Below are positions 1 to 12,400 of a stretch of DNA of 64,000 nt, piece by piece. The DNA lies in NCBI GenBank assembly GCA_964035545.1, contig OZ037767.1, forward strand, positions 1,561,680-1,625,679, written 5' to 3'. The stretch is from Bugula neritina (Eukaryota; Animalia; Bryozoa). A program made the position numbers and the translations under genes. The notes under the pieces are model-generated. The model saw nothing but the letters and a program-made list of their open reading frames with translations. It did no database searches and was not told the DNA's origin. Numbering within the stretch: the stretch's first letter is position 1; the number at the start of each line of letters is the position of its first letter.

Positions 1-201
1 AAGAGAGTATAAAACAAGATTTTCATACCTTTATAAAAATTTGTTACGGTATAGATTCAACTACACGAAATAATATAAAATAATAAAAGTAAAAATGCTT
101 CATGATATGTTGATACTGGATATATCAATTTTTCAGTGAAGAGTATTTAAAATTGAATCATTTGATAACCAGTAATATTGAACCGAAGGAAATGCTCTCA
201 C

Positions 202-402
202 ATGATGGGGGTTGGTGAGACACTCCCTCATATAGTCAGCAACAGTTAGTGGGCCAGTGGTTAGAATACGCCGTCGCAACGACTCAACTAAAGGAGTCTG
301 TACAGATTTGCCATATGCTCTTCTGCAGAATAGAAACTGTCTAGCACCAATGGACCGCATGAGAGATACATGGAATTGTCCTAATAAACTTTTTATCATC
401 AT
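202..402 (-). CDS. NDUFAF7: NDUFAF7/MidA mitochondrial protein arginine methyltransferase, first coding exon (gene continues past the left edge)
   Basis: MMIKSLL...RRRILTTGPLTVADYMRECLTNPHH then a GTGAGA donor at 201. GPLTVAxYMxExLTNP is the NDUFAF7/MidA N-terminal motif; Arg-rich presequence-like start. A TTTTTAG acceptor just upstream of the ATG implies a non-coding first exon. Confidence 0.85.
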
Positions 403-1029
403 ATTTTCTTATCTAAAAATGCAGGCATGACAAACAATTGTAATTGTCAAATTTTAAATTTATTCAAAACCTTCAATAAGCTAGTCTTAGTTTAATTTTA
501 TCTGCTCTGGCAGTTGAAAAACTGTTTCATTTTTCTAAATGAACTTTAGTTTTAGTAGACCTTAAAAATCAAAAAATGAGGTCTATATAAAGAGGGGAAC
601 AGAAAAGCTGAAACAAATGTATAATACTTTATTACATCCAAACTACTTACGCTGCTGAGATTGGATAAACATAACCACTATCATAGCTTAGAGTTAGTGT
701 TACAACCACACTTTTACATTATTATTAATATTATAACTATCATTATGACAATTATAATGATAATCATAATAATTAAAATTATAATGCAAATATAAAATAT
801 CAGATTCAGTATCAATATACATAAGAATGATGCTGCTACATTTTGTACTTGGCAACTTCACCTTACAATACATACCTAAGAGTAAATTTATTGCAGTAGA
901 CAATCACAATGAGTTCATTGAATCTGAATTACAATTACAATGAGCTATCAATAACAATTTGAATTAAATTATCAACATTATCATTATGGTCGTTAACTAA
1001 AACTAAAAGTTAAATTCTTAAAAGGCACC

Positions 1030-1500
1030 CACACTCACACTGTATTAGTATGACTGTTAGTGTTACTGTTAGTGTTACTCACAGTCACTGAGTGACTGTA
1101 AGTTACACTTACAGTTAGTGTTACTGTTAGTGTTACTGTAACACTAACTGTGTAAGTGCAAGCTCCTTCCAGAGCATTATAAAATCCCGGTAGTTGTAAA
1201 ATTTACATACCCTTTGGATTTTGTAGCATTAAGTTTAACGATCATTGCAGTTAAGTAACAAAGCAACCTTCAATATAATTGTAAGTGTTACTCACTTTCA
1301 TATATTTATAATGTATCTCAATCAGTCCATGAAAAAACCCCTCAACAGGATGCCATTTTAATGGATAAAAAGTCGAAAATGGAATCAGCTAATTTGTGGT
1401 AAAACTAATACCAACTTTGATTAGCTAAAGTTGAAAAATTGTAATCGCGATTCCTTTATTTTTTCAGTTATACCAGTTCCGGTATTGCACATTATTTTAC
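1030..1500. promoter_or_regulatory. Probable shared (head-to-head) promoter region of NDUFAF7 and TRIT1
   Basis: Divergent genes 2 kb apart, each with an acceptor just before its ATG (about 412 on -, 2393 on +). Candidate donors at 1210 (-, GG/GTATGT) and 1281 (+, GTAAGT); TTCCGG ETS-like site near 1477. Boundaries approximate. Confidence 0.35.
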
Positions 1501-2421
1501 TAATGCAAACCATCATTTCTCATTCAATTTTAATTTTATGCTAAAATTAATGTGGCAAACTACAAAATAATTAAACTTATAATTTGATTACGTTGGCTTT
1601 GTATTTACAATATATTTGTTACATTAAATATCATCGAGATTTGTTTCATATGGATGGTTATGAATAATTAATTATAATAATTTTGATAAAATTTAAAATT
1701 AAAGTAATAATTATAAATATTATTTAATTGTATGTTATAATTATTGTTATTTAATAATTATTTATTATTGTAATTATTATTATTGAATTTGGTTATTATA
1801 ATTATAGTTATAGAAGACAACCATAATATTTAAAGTGTGCAGTTGCCCATCATAATAATGGTCATAGTGATAGTGATGTAAACTCAGTAAAGGGTGTTAC
1901 TGTTAGTGTTTGAATGTCTGAAAAGATTAAGACGAGTCACACAATCACAATGGTGGACAATGACAAAATAGACAAAACAAATTCAAGTAAACTTAATGAA
2001 CTTGCTGCTTTGCTTGTAGTTAAAATTAATTTATTGCCTATAGCATATTTAAAGCATTTCAAAGTATTCTCAAGTAAGTTTAGCCACTTTGGGGCAGGCA
2101 AAGAATACAATTTTGTGTGTGTTAAATTCTGATGCTACACCATTAGTGCAATGTTTTTTTACAAAGTTTTCTTTTTCTCAATGTCAAAAATTTCATAAGC
2201 TGTGGACATTGGTTTAAATTAGTAGGCACTAGTTTAGAATTTGTCTAATTTTTGGTTTCTATTCTTTGGTTTTGGTTTGGGGCGTGATAGCTTTATTTCA
2301 CAGTCATACATTTATCTGTTTACTAAAACTAAGCCTTTTGGCAAAAGCTGCAAAATAAACTTACCTAATTTATGTATGTTGGTATTTATTTAGGAATGCA
2401 TACTCTCTGGAAGTAAGGTTA

Positions 2422-5400
2422 ATGGGAAACACCTTGAAGCCTATCTTTCTACCATCATCATCTATCATGACTACTAAGCCAGTCACATTCATTCTGGGAG
2501 CTACTGGTACGGGGAAAACTGAGCTGTCTATTGCGTTGGCCAAGAAGTTTAATGGTGAAGTCATCAACGCCGATGCTATGCAGATTTACAAAGGCCTTGA
2601 CATTGTAACTAACAAAGTAGGTGACAATCATCACATTTATTCTTACTAAAAAAGATCAAGCACTGTGCTCCATGTGCTATTTTGACCTGAGTGCAGGTAA
2701 TAGCCCTGGTGCGTTTGTATTAGACTGCGGTACTTGTAATAAGTTGAGGTACGGGTATGCAGTGTATCCGCTATTCTAAAGGACACTCAACTTTTTATGT
2801 TGCAATCTTTTTTGTAACTAATTAATAAAGTTTTTTAGGAATTATTTTTATGATTTACAATTAACAAAGTCACTGGCAAGCAATTTTCTTTTTGAAAAGC
2901 GTAGCATTATTCTCATTCATGAAGGAAAATGTCTTATGTTGGTGTACAATGTGTGTATTGAGATTGTTTTAATTCAACAAGGGGAGGCAACTATTACAAG
3001 ACTAACTGCAGTTGTATGTAGCCTCAAGTCAAGTGTATATTCCAGGTTACAGTGGAGGAGCAGGACGGCGTCCCTCATCATTTGTTAGATTTACTTGACT
3101 CTGAGAGCTTGTCTTTTACTATTCATGATTTCAAGAGACAAGCAACAGCCACAATCAATAGCCTACTTTCTGCAGGAAAACTTCCCATTATTGTTGGGGG
3201 TACTAACTACTACCTCGACAGTTTGCTTTGGAACTCTTTGATTCCCAGGCATGAGCCTGACACCGGTCCCAGGTTTGGTTGACATAACGTCATCTATTAT
3301 CAGCTTATAAAGACTCACATTTTGTTTCAAGTCTCCTGTGAGAACCCGTGATGTCACAGGGTTTAAAGACGAGTTTCTACTTCTAGACATCAATGACTTT
3401 ACCAAGACTTGAACCACTGACTTTGTGCTTACTAAGCCAGTGCTCTAACCACTAGACCACAGCTGCTCTCTATAAATCTGTTAGCTATTAGCTAATAATT
3501 TATTTATTAGTTTATATTAACAAATAAATAAAATAGGTTTAACAACCCACTTAATGTTTTCACTTGTTATTGCTTAGATCTATTATGCTACTTTGTAGTT
3601 TTATGTTTGTTCTAGTCACAGATTTGTACCTGCAGAGAACCTGCCCAGTCCAGTCACTGCATCATTTCTAATCACTTCCCTAGACGAAGGTGTGTCACTG
3701 GATGTGTCACAAGATGTGTCGCTGGATGTGTCACAAGATGTGTCACTGGATGTGTCACAAGATGTGTCACTGGATGTGTCACAAGATGTGTCACTGGAGG
3801 TGTCACAAGATGTGTCACTGGAGGTGTCACAAGATGTGCTGTCGTACTCAGATGATGAGCTTATTCAAGTATGAATTGTTTTTAATCAGTTTTTGAACAG
3901 TTAATATCAAGTTACTTGAGCTCATAGTTTTTCTGACAAATAAGATGCACTGATTCTGTTAACAAAGACGTACGAGACTAGAAAATTTAATTCATGTCAT
4001 AAAATGTCCTTTAAGTTACTTGTCATGAATTAAAGGTTGAATGATATTATTTTTTTAAATGTTGTTGTCTTTTTAGATATTAATTAGATCTGCATAGTGT
4101 GATGCATTACGTTGTTTATTATCAGTATTAGTGCTTTCCTTTTATATAAAGCGTGCAGGAATATTTTAAATATTAGGTTAATTTTGTGTAGTTTTGAAAC
4201 ACCAACAATTTTTCCTTCTCCCGTGTGACTAGTTATGGTCATGACTATGTGAAACTTACTCGTTATAGTGACATGCGATACACTTGACAGGGTCTAGATA
4301 CCAACTACCTCAGACTACACATAGACAAGGTTGACAGCTGGAAACTGCACACACTTCTCATGAGGGTAGACAAGGAAACTGCCATGACTATGCATCCAAA
4401 TACAGCTAGAAAAGTCATTAGAGCCCTGGAGGTGTTTATTTTTTGTTTCTTTTGTAGTAAAACCAGTAGTACTAGTAGTAGTACTAGTATTATTAGCGGT
4501 ACTAGTAGTAGTACTAGTATTATTAGCAGTAATAGTACTAGTAATAGTAGTAGTAGTAGCAGTAGTAGTAGTAGTAGTAGTACCAGTAGTAGTACCAGTA
4601 GTAGTAGTAGTACCAGTAGTAGTAGTAGTAGTAGTGGTAGCAGTAGTAGTAATAGTTACAGTAGTACTACTACTAAAACAAAGTCTAATCAAAGTTGTAC
4701 ACACACATCCAGGTCATAAAGCAACACGGCAAAACGCAGAGTGAATTCTTGGCACAGATAAATAAAAAGGCAGGAGATCAGAGTTTTGGTGCTGAGTTGA
4801 CGTATAAAAATAGTGTGGCAATATGGCTGCAGTGTGACCCGGATGTTCTAGGTACGTAAATCAATATTTTAGAAGAGCAGACAAATCCTATTGGCTTAAC
4901 ATAATTTCATGTTTTTAAAAATGCTGTAAATAATGCACAGCTTTGGGCTAAAGGTTTTGTATTAGTAAAATAAATGTAAGTACATAGTAAGTAGATAGTA
5001 AGTACATATTAAGTAGATAGTAAGTAAAGAGTAAGTATACAGTAAGTAGATAGTAAGTAGGTAGTAAGTACGTAGTAAGTACATAGTAAGTACATAATAA
5101 GTACATAGTAACATCGAATCTCCAACTGTTTCCAGCCAATAGACTGAACAGTCGTGTAGAGAAGATGATAGAAAGAGGTCTAATAGCCGAGTTGGACTCG
5201 TTCCACGTCCAACATAATGAGTCACTACTTTCAAGGTCATCTGCTGAAGGTCACGGCAACTATACCCGTGGCATCTTTCAGTGCATCGGCTTCAAAGAGT
5301 TTAATGATTTCCTGGTCTTGTCTTCAGAAGAGCGGAAAAGTGAGAGAGGTCTTCAGCTTTTTAACGAAGGTCTGTCATTTCTTCGTGTATATTTCTTCTG

Positions 5401-6095
5401 TCACTGTGTGTAGTTATCTCCTCTGTATTGTATAGGGATATCTATCTTTTCTATAGTTTTATGTAATTATCTCCCCTGTAACTGCTGTTCACTCAGGTTT
5501 GTCTGCCATGAAGGCAGCCACAAGACGTTACGCCAAGTATCAAAACAAATGGGTTAGAAAACAGTTCTTTGAGGAGAGAAATCCTGGATTTGTCCCTCCT
5601 GTCTATTCCTTTGATTCCAGTGAGAGGTCAAAGTACATGCAGAGTGTTGTGGAGCCGTGCATTGAGCTCTTAGGTACGTCTGCATTCGTACATAGTAAAC
5701 TCTGTAGCCCAAGTGAATATTTATATAGGATGCTTTTGTCGCTAGGGTTATGTATGCTTCAAATGGTCTTAGTATGAAAATGGTTTCATGCAGGTGAAAT
5801 AATACGGGGCGATGTGCCTACCCAGCCCAAGTATAGATTAGAGACTAAGCCCAAGACAGACAATCGAGTTGTATACGAGACCTGTGAAGCCTGCGGAGTC
5901 ACCTGCATCAGACTATGCGAATGGGAATCTCACATAAAGAGTAAAAAACATCATAAGAGGTTGTCTTCTCTCCGCAAGTCTAAACTTCGCCTTGCGAAAG
6001 CTCGCAGTGAACTTCTAACTACGTTGACAGTACACGGGAATAGTTTAAAGACATCAGAATGTGAAGATGTCATTGGGAGTGAAGGACACACCTGA
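2422..6095 (+). CDS. TRIT1: tRNA dimethylallyltransferase (IPP transferase), about 555 aa, 8 exons: 2422-2616, 3046-3272, 3616-3868, 4291-4431, 4713-4851, 5136-5369, 5497-5673, 5794-6095
   Basis: P-loop [75 protein letters not shown] and a C-terminal matrin-type zinc finger (CEAC...HIKSKKH). All junctions GT-AG, phases concatenate to 1668 nt. Second in-frame ATG at 2467. Confidence 0.93.
3290..3467 (-). mobile_element. tRNA-derived SINE-like copy in TRIT1 intron 2
   Basis: Minus strand reads GCAGCTGTGGTCTAGTGGTTAGAGCACTGG...GGTTCAAGTC: Pol III A and B boxes at tRNA spacing, followed by non-tRNA body with no closing acceptor stem. 3' boundary approximate. Confidence 0.55.
3691..3838 (+). repeat. 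Coding 24-bp minisatellite, (VSLD/EVSQD) about 6 copies, inside TRIT1 exon 3
   Basis: GTGTCACTGGATGTGTCACAAGAT tandem units in frame between acceptor 3615 and donor 3869. Confidence 0.9.
4464..4672. repeat. (AGT)n-type microsatellite, TRIT1 intron 4
   Basis: Directly visible; source of the poly-Ser and poly-Thr ORFs. Confidence 0.95.
4975..5110. repeat. Degenerate 12-bp AGTAAGTAC/GAT repeat, TRIT1 intron 5
   Basis: Directly visible; many GTAAGT words on the sense strand. Confidence 0.85.
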
Positions 6096-9000
6096 TACGA
6101 TGTGGACTCAGTTGTTTGACTAGACAATTAAACAGTGTAATGTCTTGAAAATATGTATAAATTGTGTAAATGTACAGATTAGTATCCAATAAATTAATTT
6201 ATGATTTACTGTATTTATGATCTGCCAGTTAAATTGTTAGAGAAGACAACTCTATGGCTTCATTTTTCTCTACTCCAGGTTTCACTGGATGACATATACA
6301 CAGTTTATATTTTATATATCCTTGTAAATATGGCATCATATTTTTAACATACTTTTAATTTTGTTTTTTTTTCTCATACGTTTTTTATTATATATATGTT
6401 GGAGTAGTTCATGAGTTAAATGGAATATTTTCCAGCATTATTTTACTTTAAGATAACAAAAAAGTTTATTCTGCCAAATAAATTGTTTATCTTTACAAAC
6501 CATCATAAAATTGAACCCCACCAGTATAAAGTTGGAAATAAGCATGTATGTTGAGAAAAACTAACATTTACTGCTTATCATAATATAAGTTTTTGGTCAT
6601 AATTATTTTGCAGGGTTAAAACTCTGCATATGGTCCATGCCACAGCTTATTGTATTTATTAGCTAGTTTATAATTTGTACCAAAGTTTAAGTAAATTGAA
6701 AAAAAAGATTTTGGATTAATTCATTTATACTAGATCTTGCTTTCGAAAAGGTTGCGTAATGTAGCTGAAGCCAACCATTTGAGTTATTTTCCCCTTTCCT
6801 ATTAGTGAAGTTCAAATTTAACTTCAGAATAGAAATAGAGTCTCCTTTTATTGCATTAGTTTTTTAAGTTATTGGCACAAATACAAGGCTGTTTTGTTGC
6901 TATAATTCAGCATAATGTAAAGTGGAGACAATCCCTTCTCACCTTATAATTATTCACCCTAATGTTGATGTTCATAATAAAGCAGCTATATATTGGTACA
7001 ATTATTTTGTGGCCAAGTGCCAAGATATTCTAAATAAACTGCAGCAGTGATTATTTTTCAACTGGTTAGGGAACTTTAACTAAAATCTATATGTATTTGG
7101 CATATGTATTACATAACATGCTAAGACTTTGGGTTATACTAACGCTTAAATTTTTGATATGGTAGGATATATAAAATTTTGTGTGACAATATCTTTCAAA
7201 AGAGTTTGTTTTTATAAAAAAATAATGAATAATTTTGCTTGTATCACAACAACAAGTAGGCTGAGGTTCAAATTATAGGGAATATTATAGTTTCATATCC
7301 GGCAATTCAACTTCTGTGAGTTATGTAAGTAAGATGTATTATATTTAGTGATAATAAATCTTATTTAATAACAACTGCAACATATTCTTGTATAGTTTCT
7401 TTATAAAAAAAAAATGGCATGATATGTCATTATTATGCATGAATGTATATAATATGCCATAGGCTATATAGCAGTATACCACAATCATATAATAACTGTC
7501 AAGTTACCTATTATATGTTAGACGTTGACAATATACAAGCTTAGATTAACTATATTGTATTTAATTGAGTTTTAAATTAAGATTGTTAATATATCTGGGA
7601 TTTTAGAGTAAATTAATATGTGGCAATATTCACCTGTAAAATGGTTTATTTTCTATAACATTATACCCGTCATTGCGTTACTGCTTTTATTTGCAAATTA
7701 CTGCGATATTATCAGAACTGCTGTTAGCCATACAAGTATTTTTATCCTCAACAATAATTAAAGCCATTCATTAAAAAATATGAACCTTTTACTGAAATTT
7801 TGCAAATTTATCAATTGCTAATGCATGTAAGTTTAATGCCAATAGTTGGCTTATTTGCTCTTTAAGGTAACAGTTATTGTTCCAGCTATTAATTAATTAA
7901 GTAATTGAATGTAATGAAGACTCATTAATGTATTGTCATTTATTTTATTAATTATGAGGAATAAAGAATAATTAGTATATAAACAATGTTTTGTATGGCA
8001 TCAAGCATTATAATTCTTCAGTTTAAGTTTTACTCAAGCTGTTTCAAGCTAATAATTTAAAATTTTGGATTTGACTTTAAAAAAAACAGAAGCTTGCACT
8101 TTTTAATTTATATAAAATAGCGTTCAGATAATTATCAAAGAAGCTGTTCATGAACCTCCTCTATTTTTCATCACAGTTCCTACTATTTCTGATTAAATTG
8201 TATTTTGCAAATCAATTATCAATTTTTTACCAAGTAACCGGTGCATATGCATATAATGTATAGGCAAATAATTGGTTCACATGCTTGTCAGGGATTTTGT
8301 TCTGAGGAAACTTCAGCATAAGGAGAATATAACAAACGCCTCAAGTCACGCTTAGCCTGCCATGATTAATATCCCTAATGGATCTTTCGAGCAATGATCT
8401 ATAACTACCCGCAACCCTAGAAAACGGCTGCAAAACCATCTACTTAATTAAACTTTAAACTTGTTTGAAGGAAATAACAACTCAGACATAATGTTTCATA
8501 TAAATAGTGGTACTAAATTCACATCAAAAGAATAACTGTTAAAAATTGCTGACATTTTAAATAAAAGTCTCAAATTTCGCATTTTAAATTTATTATAAAT
8601 GCATGCAAAGTTTCATAGGTTAAGTTTCATCTAAAACTGTTCTTTCAATTGTCACAGAATATAATATATATTATAATACAAGTGTAAATATTGTGTTTAT
8701 TTTTGGCTTGAACAATAAAAGACAGTAAATATAACAGATATATCTGTACAGTTGGTATATTTTTCAGTAAGGACACTAAATACTTTACAAAAGCCTGCTA
8801 ACATAATATCACGTCTTTTAAGACTATTTAAAGTTGACCAAAATAAAAATCATATAAATTAATGCAGAGAGAGTTTACAGTTCAGTCTCCACGATGAAGA
8901 GACTTGGTAACTTATTCGTCAAGGAAGAGTTTAGATCGTATATAAACAAATTGTAGAAAATTACGACACCGAGTCAATCTTAATATCATGTGTTATTGAT

Positions 9001-9420
9001 TGCTTATCACTCGCAAATGGGAAAACATAAAACACCAAACCAACTGAAAGAAAAAATAATTAGAATGGTATCATGGTACACAAATATCGTATAATTTAAA
9101 AGGTCAAAAATTCAAAGCAAATTATTCTTAAAACAAATATCCATAATGTCAAAAGAGCTGATTTATGCACATGAGCTACAGGGGTTAATTCTGGCTAATC
9201 TATTGCAGGGCATGTCCACGTTGACTAGATAGGGCATATTACACCAACACACAATGTCTTTAAAGTCTTTGGTTTGAGATTTTACTTGACAAATACGCGA
9301 ACATTGAGTATCAGCAGTTATCCAATAACTTAACTATTAATTTAAAACTATATTTCTTTGGTTCACCAGCTGAGTGAATGAACATAAAGATGTTAGTCTA
9401 ACACTAAGCTGGAAATATCT

Positions 9421-12400
9421 TTATGTGAGAAACAATTCGGGATGCGAATTGGGAGATGACCCAGTTCCGTGTTGAGGACTGAGATGGCCATTGACTGCCA
9501 TTCTAGGTGACTGGTGATAGACACCAGTGTTAGTTTGGTACATAGAGTGGGCTGAAGGCATCATAGGAACATTCATGGGTGGCAAATAGTCAGGAGGTGA
9601 GTAATAGTTGGGTACATTTGACGGTAGATTACTCATAACGGAGTGCATGCCGGATGAAGAGTACTGGTGTTGGGAAGAGTAGCTGTGAGGGTGATGTATG
9701 TTATGAACGTAAGAGTTGGACCTCTGCATGCACTGACTAGCCACTGAAGCTGAGCCCATTAAATCTAATGTCTGTGGCATGGTGGAGACTGCGCACCAGG
9801 CGTTTTGGCTGATGTTAGAGGTTGTTGGAGCTGATGACACACTATTAGCTAAAACAGAAGAGGTCACTGGAGGCAGTGCAGACATTGACACTGGAGTGGT
9901 GGGTGTGGCTAAGGTAGTCGCATTGGAGCTGCCTGCAGAAGGTGGGGAGCTCTTGGTGTACGGAGAACCGGGGCTAGAACTGGAGGCAGGAGGCGACTTG
10001 CTACCAGACTTACTAGATGACACTTTGGTTCGCGTTTTTGTGCTTTCGTTCCCCTTTTGCTGCTGCCTGCATTTTGCTCGTCTGTTTTTAAACCAAACCT
10101 GCAAATAGACATTTAAGACATGAGAGCCACAAAGATCAGGTCTGCAGTGTCAGATAAAATGACAACCCAGATTTCATTTTAAGCAAATAAATCTTGTGTA
10201 CAATGATGTTCCTGAGTATTCTTCCATAAAGAAGAATCAAATATTGACAAATTTTGTGAGTACAATGATATTTAATAGGTGTGAGTGACATCATTACAAT
10301 ACTGATTGCTTGCCTCAACAATAGACCATCTTTGTTCTCAACAAACCTACTTGGCCATGTAAGTTAGTGTTTGCTGATACACATATAGACTGAGTACAAT
10401 ACACATAGACTGAGTGCGTGTTAGCAAACAAATCAGGTTTAAATGAGGTGCTCTTACACGGAGTCAAGTATTGACTGCACATATGTCTACGGCAGACAAT
10501 CTTTCTTCCTCACTTCTATTATTGGCTCCAAGTCAAAAGAAAATCAAATATATCAACCTATCAAATTTCAGCTTGAGAAGGACTTCCAATAGCTGGCAAT
10601 TATCTCCGCAAAGTAATGACTCAATTTCAAATTTTAGTTTTTAGTTACTAACTCCGATGACATATTATTAAAAAAATTTCAATAAACAGGCAACTGGAGA
10701 GATGAAAACAACTACAAAGTGTTTATTATTATCCTCCATGATTTATTTATTTTAAGAAAACCGTATAGACATAACCTCAAATAACTACTGAAGCCTCTAA
10801 CTGTAGTCTTTCTGTCTACTCCTATATAGTGGGTAAAAATCTATACGACAATGTTTGAAATGTCGGCTTTGCATCTTATTAACTCCATCTCTCTAGGCTG
10901 GCATCCACATTTAGTGTTAGCATATACTTGTCAACTCAAACACGCTGCTTGTACTTTATGTACATTAGCCATTATTTTTTGTTGAATTAGTATTGTTTAA
11001 AAGAAGGTCAGTATCCCTAATAATAAACATTGCCGAGTGCGTCGGCAACCATGTTTATACAGGCTGGAAGATGGCGCCTCTTCATATTTGGTTCTGCTGC
11101 CCTGTATGTCGAAGGGGCTCCAACAATGTTTAGAGAGCTGAGCAATGACAATGTAAAAAAGTTTAAAAAATCTATAAAATTGCTCCCTTTTCTACTGTTG
11201 AGGAAACATTTTTTATAGGAATAACGATTTAATCTAAAAATTTGCAGATATGATCGGGCTGCAATGATTTCTTGATAATTTAGGATCAATTAACTAGGGG
11301 TACAAGAGTCAAAACCTTTATCTGTTTAGGAATGTAAATAAGTGATTTGCATATTTATATTATTATATGTTATCTCATTGAGTAATGGCCGTATAGCTTC
11401 AACATGGAGCCCTTAGTCTGCCATAAGATACTAGTATACATTTCACTGTATCCATCTATATTTTATATCAACTCGTTATCTGTATTTGTCAATATACCCA
11501 TAGACAGCTCCCTACACGGAGGCACCAAAACTATCTCTCTGTCGCTCAAAAACATTCCACAAACAAACGTAATGATACAATGGAAATTCTCAGTGTTCAC
11601 TATCCCCTTTAGTTTATTAAAAACGGACTATTCAAAAATCCTTATACAGGTATTAAGAGAAAATAATGACCAACATTAATTGAGATTTAATTGCCGTATT
11701 GCAACACCTTGATCTGAAGCAGTGGTGGATTGAAACCCTTTGAAATGATTTTAAAAAACAATATTACTTATAAAATATTTTATTACTTAGAGAAATTTAC
11801 TTAAGACTTGGGCAGCTGTTTACCATTCCGCTAATCCGGTGGGTTGCCAACCACCTGAAGAAGACTAATAAGTAAAGTTTAAGTTGATATGAAGTTAGCT
11901 ATAAAGTTGGTGGTTGATTTATAGGATATACTATAAAGTAGTGAACATTATAAAGTAGTAAGAGGGGTTAAGAAAGTATTGACGTAGTTGTGGTGAAGTA
12001 AGAGCTGGAAACCCATGTCAAGCAGTGCGCCACCAACTAATTACCAACAACTTATCAACTCTTTCTGTGAGAAAATGCTTTTCTAGTCTTAATGTAGAAC
12101 TTTCTCCAATTGTTTAAAAAATAAAGAAAAATTAACTATTTTTCCGCTGGTTGTTTAAAGACTGACCAGTAGACTCAAAATCTTTAATAAGACAAAGCCT
12201 ATAAAAATGCATTTTCAAAAAACCTAGTAAACCTGAGCTGTTAAAAAAATCACAAAATAATAAACAACTAGATTATTCAACAAAAAATTAAAAAAAATTA
12301 TATTTCATTTAGCATTCAACAATAGAAGGGATTTCCAAAGAAAATTATGAAATAGGGGATAACCTGTGGAATGAATGTTGACCAAAGTGTCACATTCACA

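Noticed and set aside
3400-3467. tRNA gene
   Set aside because: A and B boxes are present but no acceptor stem closes; better explained as a SINE head.
3690-3896. Cys/His/Trp-rich ORF (MCHWMCHK)n resembling a metal-binding protein
   Set aside because: Alternative frame of the TRIT1 exon-3 repeat; splice phases select the VSLDVSQD frame.
4315-4719. Poly-Thr/poly-Ser ORFs (also 35609-36200 and 41985-42231)
   Set aside because: Translations of microsatellites in introns or intergenic DNA.
9779-10108. 109-aa plus-strand ORF
   Set aside because: Antisense shadow of the Otx last exon.
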